DNA from: Elsinoe ampelina
Lineage: Eukaryota
NCBI GenBank assembly: GCA_010093995.1
Contig: ML992502.1
Span: forward strand, 2,021,925-2,085,924
Length of the DNA: 64,000 bases
Reading direction: 5' to 3'
Positions 59,601-64,000 of this stretch are shown one piece after another. The stretch's first letter is position 1, and every line of letters starts with the position of its first letter. Under the pieces are notes generated by a model. That model was not told where the DNA came from. It did not search any database and worked only from the letters and a program-made list of their open reading frames with translations. The translations under genes and the position numbers were made by a program.

Positions 59601-60765
59601 GGATGTCTTGGGAGAAAGGGAGGTGAGGTGAGGGCCAAGAAAGAGGGGGAGCGGAATGGAAGTGGTGGACGGGAGGGAGAAGGAGGAACATACGAAAGAC
59701 AAAAGGAGCAATCTGGATCTCACCCAGGTGGACTCGTGGAGGGCGAGGCAACTGCAGTGCACCGTCAGCATCCGGCATTGGATCTGCGATTCTCACTCCT
59801 GGCCGCACTCACTCTCCTGGCAACGACCCTCTTGACAGTCAGCTGTATCTCTGAACACCCCCGCCTACTCCCGCTGGCAACGCCAGACTCCAACACCACC
59901 TCCCTGTTAGATGTACTGCACGGAAACGAACAACGAAAACGCAACCAAAAACGAAACGAAACGACGACAAACGCCTTCGGACTCGCAGTCCGGACCACGA
60001 TGGAATCGCACACTTGATGACGGAATGAAATGAGAGCATGGATATGCATGGCGTGTACTTGATTCGGAACGTTTCTTTGGTTCGACATGGATATGGAAAT
60101 CGGGGCATGACTTTCTGGGATCTGATACGGTAGGATAGCCGGGATGATAACCCAGCGAAGGAGAGGGTTAGGAATAGGGTAGTGGTATTCATCTATCTAC
60201 CGTGTCGTCTCGCTGCTCTATCTGCTCCCCCTGTGGTGGGATCCCTCTCGTCGGGGCAACGTGTGCGGTCTGTTCTCTTCCTCCATGGTGTCCTCCGAGT
60301 GAAGTTTGATGCACCGGGTCTGGCGACGCGCGGGAGTGGTCAACTGTGTCGAAACATTTGGGAAGGGAAAGGCCGACAATCCAGGTACGTTCTACGGGGC
60401 ATCTCCTATGTTTCACCGGATACAAGGGCAGGGACGTGAGCAGGAGAAGAGTCCTTTTGATTGTCTTTGATCAATACAGACGGAGAAGTGAAAAGGAGCA
60501 ACTCATCCTTCGCTACCGGGCGTCTCGAAACTCGATGTAGCATTCCCCCAAATCTGCTCAATATCTATGCTTCATCGGCCCGAGCGCCTTCAAGCCAGCG
60601 CGGCGAATGTAGATCTGCTGTATATCTATGCTTCATATTCCATGCTTCGTAAATCTTCTTAGTCGAGCCATCCGCCACGATGCCTCCCATCCAAAACCTT
60701 CTGGTAGTCAGCAGCGAGTGAGCATCGGTTCTCGGTGATGACTAGATCCTTGTCACCAAAGCGCA

Positions 60766-62586
60766 TCACCTGCCGATGGCACCTAGACCGTCCATGTCAT
60801 CCACCACTCCGCCGGAAAGCGTTGACGCACTATCATCCTCTATCTCCGGTTGCTGCTGTGGGTCTGGCGTCTTCGGGACATGCATACCGGAACGTCTGCC
60901 ACGGTGGTCGGTGCCCGGAGCCGGGCGCTGAGATGCGTTCGACGATGTACGCTGTGACGATGCTGCGCTGCCTGGCATTCTTTCACCTTCTGGAGCGTCG
61001 TTCGTTGTTCGGGAGAGGTCTGGTCGAAGCCCTAGTTGAGACGGTCTGCCTGTTGGCTTCTTTTGGGAGCCTCTACCGAGCTGACTTGACGATCTAGGTA
61101 TACCTTTAGCAGAGCGGCCAGGATTGCCCTGTTCTCCTTGATGTGGGGTAGGAGCGGTCTGACTAGCAGACGATTGTTGACTACCGACAGGAGGAGCACT
61201 TGACGAGAGAGCTGTAAAGGCACTCTGCGCGGATGACTGTGGCGTTTCATGGTAGTTGCGACGGGATCCTGGCCCTACAGCGAAGCTGTCGGAGCTTGAT
61301 GGTGTTGGTTGGGTGACTGCTAACTTGAGGAAATCCATGAGCTGCTCCTGGGTGATTCCGGTGCTGGCGATAAGTTGAAGACCCTTGATGATATCTGCAT
61401 GACCTGGCGTAGGAAAGCTTTCCGTGACAGCACTCGGCTTTGCGACTGTCGGGAAGTTCTCTCCTTTCATGTCCATTTCGGGGGCTAACGTGTCGTCCTG
61501 GAAGGACAGTCTAGCACCGTGGGGTCGTGAGATTTGCTCCTGCTCTGTCAAGCCTTGACGTGCACGGTTGTCAATACTCTTCTCTCTTTGAGGAGCAGAG
61601 GTCCGAGCCGCTGCATTCACGTCGGCGAGATCCAGTGGAACATTCGTCTGATCAGCTGCGACCTCTACTGTATCGACGCCGTCGATCATATCTTCAAGCG
61701 CGTTGAGGTCGTCTGTAGGAGTAGTATCATCATCCTCGTCATCGAGGGCGGCCTCGTGCTCGTTCATTGGTTCTTGAAAGTCATTGGCTTCATGCTCTCG
61801 ATCGGTTGCTAAGATTCCGTCCTTATTCTGACTGACTTTGGCCCGGCCAGCGGTGTCGTCCTCTTCCTGCTCATCTTCGGGGTCATCTTCTGTCTGCGAC
61901 CTAACGGGAGAGCTTGTTATTGTCACGGCCGCGGTAGCCCCAGCTCTCCTGCTGTCTTGTGCGTTGCCAATCCTGTCTTGTGACAGCTGCGAGCCACGCT
62001 TAGCCCGTTTACGAAGAGGCTCCTGCTCCGGGATGGTTTGGTCGCTTGTTTCGAGATCGTCTTCCACTGGAACTTTCGACAATCTCGAAGGAGTGCTGTG
62101 CCTCGTCTCGTGCGTGTCTTTCCGTTTTTTCCTGCCCGGCAGGTATTTGTCTTGTGGATGATGCTTCCTACTATAGTTATGGTACTTCTGCGCAGCCGCC
62201 CGTGAAGAACGCCTTGTGGCATTTGCATCTGGCGAGCGTGAGGTCGGCATTTCCTCATCCGAGTGTTGATCCGTTGGAGGCGTATCACTGACAGAATCGC
62301 CATCGTCGCTTACGTCGGAATGGTTCGAAGAGGAGGAACGACTGGAGACATCGCTCGCTGCGCTGGAAGAACGCCATGACTTGGGCGATGGACGAGGCAG
62401 ATCCATCAACTTTGCGTACTGTGTTGGCTTCATCGCCTTGTCGTAAGACGGATGCAATCGCCTGTCGTAGTTGATATGCTTGCCCTCGTTGCGGGCCGAG
62501 CGACGAGGACCGCTTTCGCATGAAGATGTATCGTCAGGACCTGGTGTAGACATATCTGCCTGGTTCGAGGATCGCGAAGGAGGCAT
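60766..62586 (-). CDS. Hypothetical low-complexity (Ser/Asp/Arg-rich) protein, ~606 aa
   Basis: Long uninterrupted ORF with a twice-repeated RRS.R...NY...HP..D motif and a basic NLS-like stretch; no recognisable domain. Confidence 0.65.
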   Translation of the reverse strand: MPPSRSSNQADMSTPGPDDTSSCESGPRRSARNEGKHINYDRRLHPSYDKAMKPTQYAKLMDLPRPSPKSWRSSSAASDVSSRSSSSNHSDVSDDGDSVSDTPPTDQHSDEEMPTSRSPDANATRRSSRAAAQKYHNYSRKHHPQDKYLPGRKKRKDTHETRHSTPSRLSKVPVEDDLETSDQTIPEQEPLRKRAKRGSQLSQDRIGNAQDSRRAGATAAVTITSSPVRSQTEDDPEDEQEEDDTAGRAKVSQNKDGILATDREHEANDFQEPMNEHEAALDDEDDDTTPTDDLNALEDMIDGVDTVEVAADQTNVPLDLADVNAAARTSAPQREKSIDNRARQGLTEQEQISRPHGARLSFQDDTLAPEMDMKGENFPTVAKPSAVTESFPTPGHADIIKGLQLIASTGITQEQLMDFLKLAVTQPTPSSSDSFAVGPGSRRNYHETPQSSAQSAFTALSSSAPPVGSQQSSASQTAPTPHQGEQGNPGRSAKGIPRSSSQLGRGSQKKPTGRPSQLGLRPDLSRTTNDAPEGERMPGSAASSQRTSSNASQRPAPGTDHRGRRSGMHVPKTPDPQQQPEIEDDSASTLSGGVVDDMDGLGAIGR

Positions 62587-63013
62587 GCTGGTGGTTGTGG
62601 AGTCATGCAAATCTCCTACCAGGATGTGTGAAAGATAGAAGTGCTGTGTTTACCAAAAGTGAGGTGCTTTGCGAATCGGCCATGTCGCGACGCGACTGAA
62701 TCAGGCATCAATTGCGTCCATGTCACGCCGATCACGTGCATGAAGCGCGAGAGCCGGGGTCGGCGGTAACGACAGCCGCGCTGGAAAGACGTCGTGTTGC
62801 AAGGGCGACTTCGAGGTTCTCACCGAATACGGCTTAGTCCAGTCGTGAACTGCTTCCGTGTTTTCTAGCAAATTAGTTGTGCCTCATTGCTGGCTGTGAT
62901 ATGTTCAGTTGAGTGAGAGCTAGGGAAACCAAACATCATTGAGACTTTCTTGCTGTAGCGTAGCATGAGTGAGATGGGCTTGATTGCTTTTGATTGTTGT
63001 AGAATGTAAAGCG

Positions 63014-63896
63014 CTATGGCCAAAGCTCGTCCTCAGACCATGCGCCAGTCTTTGAGTCGTAAGTGAATTTCTGCCTCCGTGACTTTTCAGGATCACTGAG
63101 ATCAAGTTGCTCGACCTCCTCTGGTCTGATGACAACGACGCGAAAGTGCTTTCTCGCCACAGGATCTTCAAGGTCCTCAACTTTGGTACCGAGCTTCAGG
63201 TTCTTGTCATCGTACGGCTCAGATGTCGGCTGGCCCGGCGGTGGCGCCTTGAAGCTGCCTGTAAAGTGTCAGGTATGGGCCAATTGGGACCATGAATGTC
63301 GCGAACAAACCTCTGAGACCTGGAGAATTATTGCCAAAGTGTGCTGTCAGCTCTTTTGACCAGCTCCAACCATCCTTTCCGTCCTCCTTTACGACTCTCA
63401 TCCTTTGTCCCAGCTCACTCTTGACTGTCCTTACGCCACTGCTCTCTGTGGCATCATCGATATCTGGACCCACGATGAAAGCCTCGCCCTTCATCCTCCA
63501 CTGCGTCATAGTATCCTTCACCCACCATACCGCCTCAACTGGGCCTCCTCCTCCACTACCCTTTGTCTGCTCTGGCTTCTCGGCGTGGCCGTGACTGCTC
63601 ACAAAGATCTCCGGGACCTTCATCATGCGGACGTCGGACGTAAATGTTGGCAGCTCGCTCTCATATACCCGCTCATTCTGGGGTGCATCATTGTGCTTGT
63701 TCTCTGGTAATTCCGCCCAGAAGCCCCTGAAGATGCAGTATCTTGCTCTCGGGACATAAGGTGTGGGAGCTCCCGCAGGAGCAGTGTGCAGGGACGAGAA
63801 GACGAACTCTGGCGAGTCCATCTTGCCCAGATGGTCAAGGAAGGCTGACTTCCATGGAGCCGGCTTGGGTTTGTCTGAGGTCGAGACTGAAGCCAT
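63014..63896 (-). CDS. Pyridoxamine 5'-phosphate oxidase-like FMN-binding protein; 2 exons
   Basis: APWK, PRARYCIFRGF, TSDVRMMK and EAVWW...QWRMKG; after intron 63259-63310: GSFKAPPPG, ARKHFRVVVI and ELWP*. Confidence 0.85.
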
Positions 63897-64000
63897 GGTG
63901 CGGGATCCAAGGGCACGATTGACCAAGGATAGTCGTCGACTGATTGTTTGAGAAGCTATGTTGGGCGAAGTAGCGACTGCTTGGAGGAGAAATGCTTGGT

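Noticed and set aside
1..64000. CRISPR arrays, tRNA/rRNA genes, Starship-type element or bacterial HGT
   Set aside because: No repeat-spacer array, tRNA cloverleaf, rRNA or tyrosine-recombinase captain was seen; the genes are fungal with spliceosomal introns.

Overview
Gene-dense 64-kb window from a RIP-competent filamentous ascomycete (Pezizomycotina; short GT-AG introns with CTRAC branch sites). The left end holds the 3' LTR of one RIP-degraded retroelement (161-419) and an intact CYP504B-type P450. A complete but RIP-inactivated Ty1/copia element follows (2602-9524; 142-bp LTRs, CTCAC target-site duplication, half-tRNA-iMet PBS, a 714-N gap). About 28 mostly housekeeping genes fill the rest, including POP5, BUB3, GPN2, PAN6, DBP7, ASA1, a Zn2Cys6 TF, cnxE, VMA16, TOA2, RPC37, DDB1, RAD18, RIO2, RPN1, PPG1 and PPS1. 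Main observations: (1) between pol and the 3' LTR, the copia element carries an extra antisense, apparently intron-containing gene of about 358 codons with a six-Cys DUF3716-like motif; (2) about ten C-rich-then-G-rich skew islands cross exons, introns and UTRs with fixed polarity; (3) a box C/D snoRNA with two LSU-rRNA guides sits in the HIBADH intron; (4) the DBP7 and ASA1 stop codons abut with no gap; (5) RPN1 has a GC-AG intron. All calls come from reading the sequence by eye; no database searches were run.
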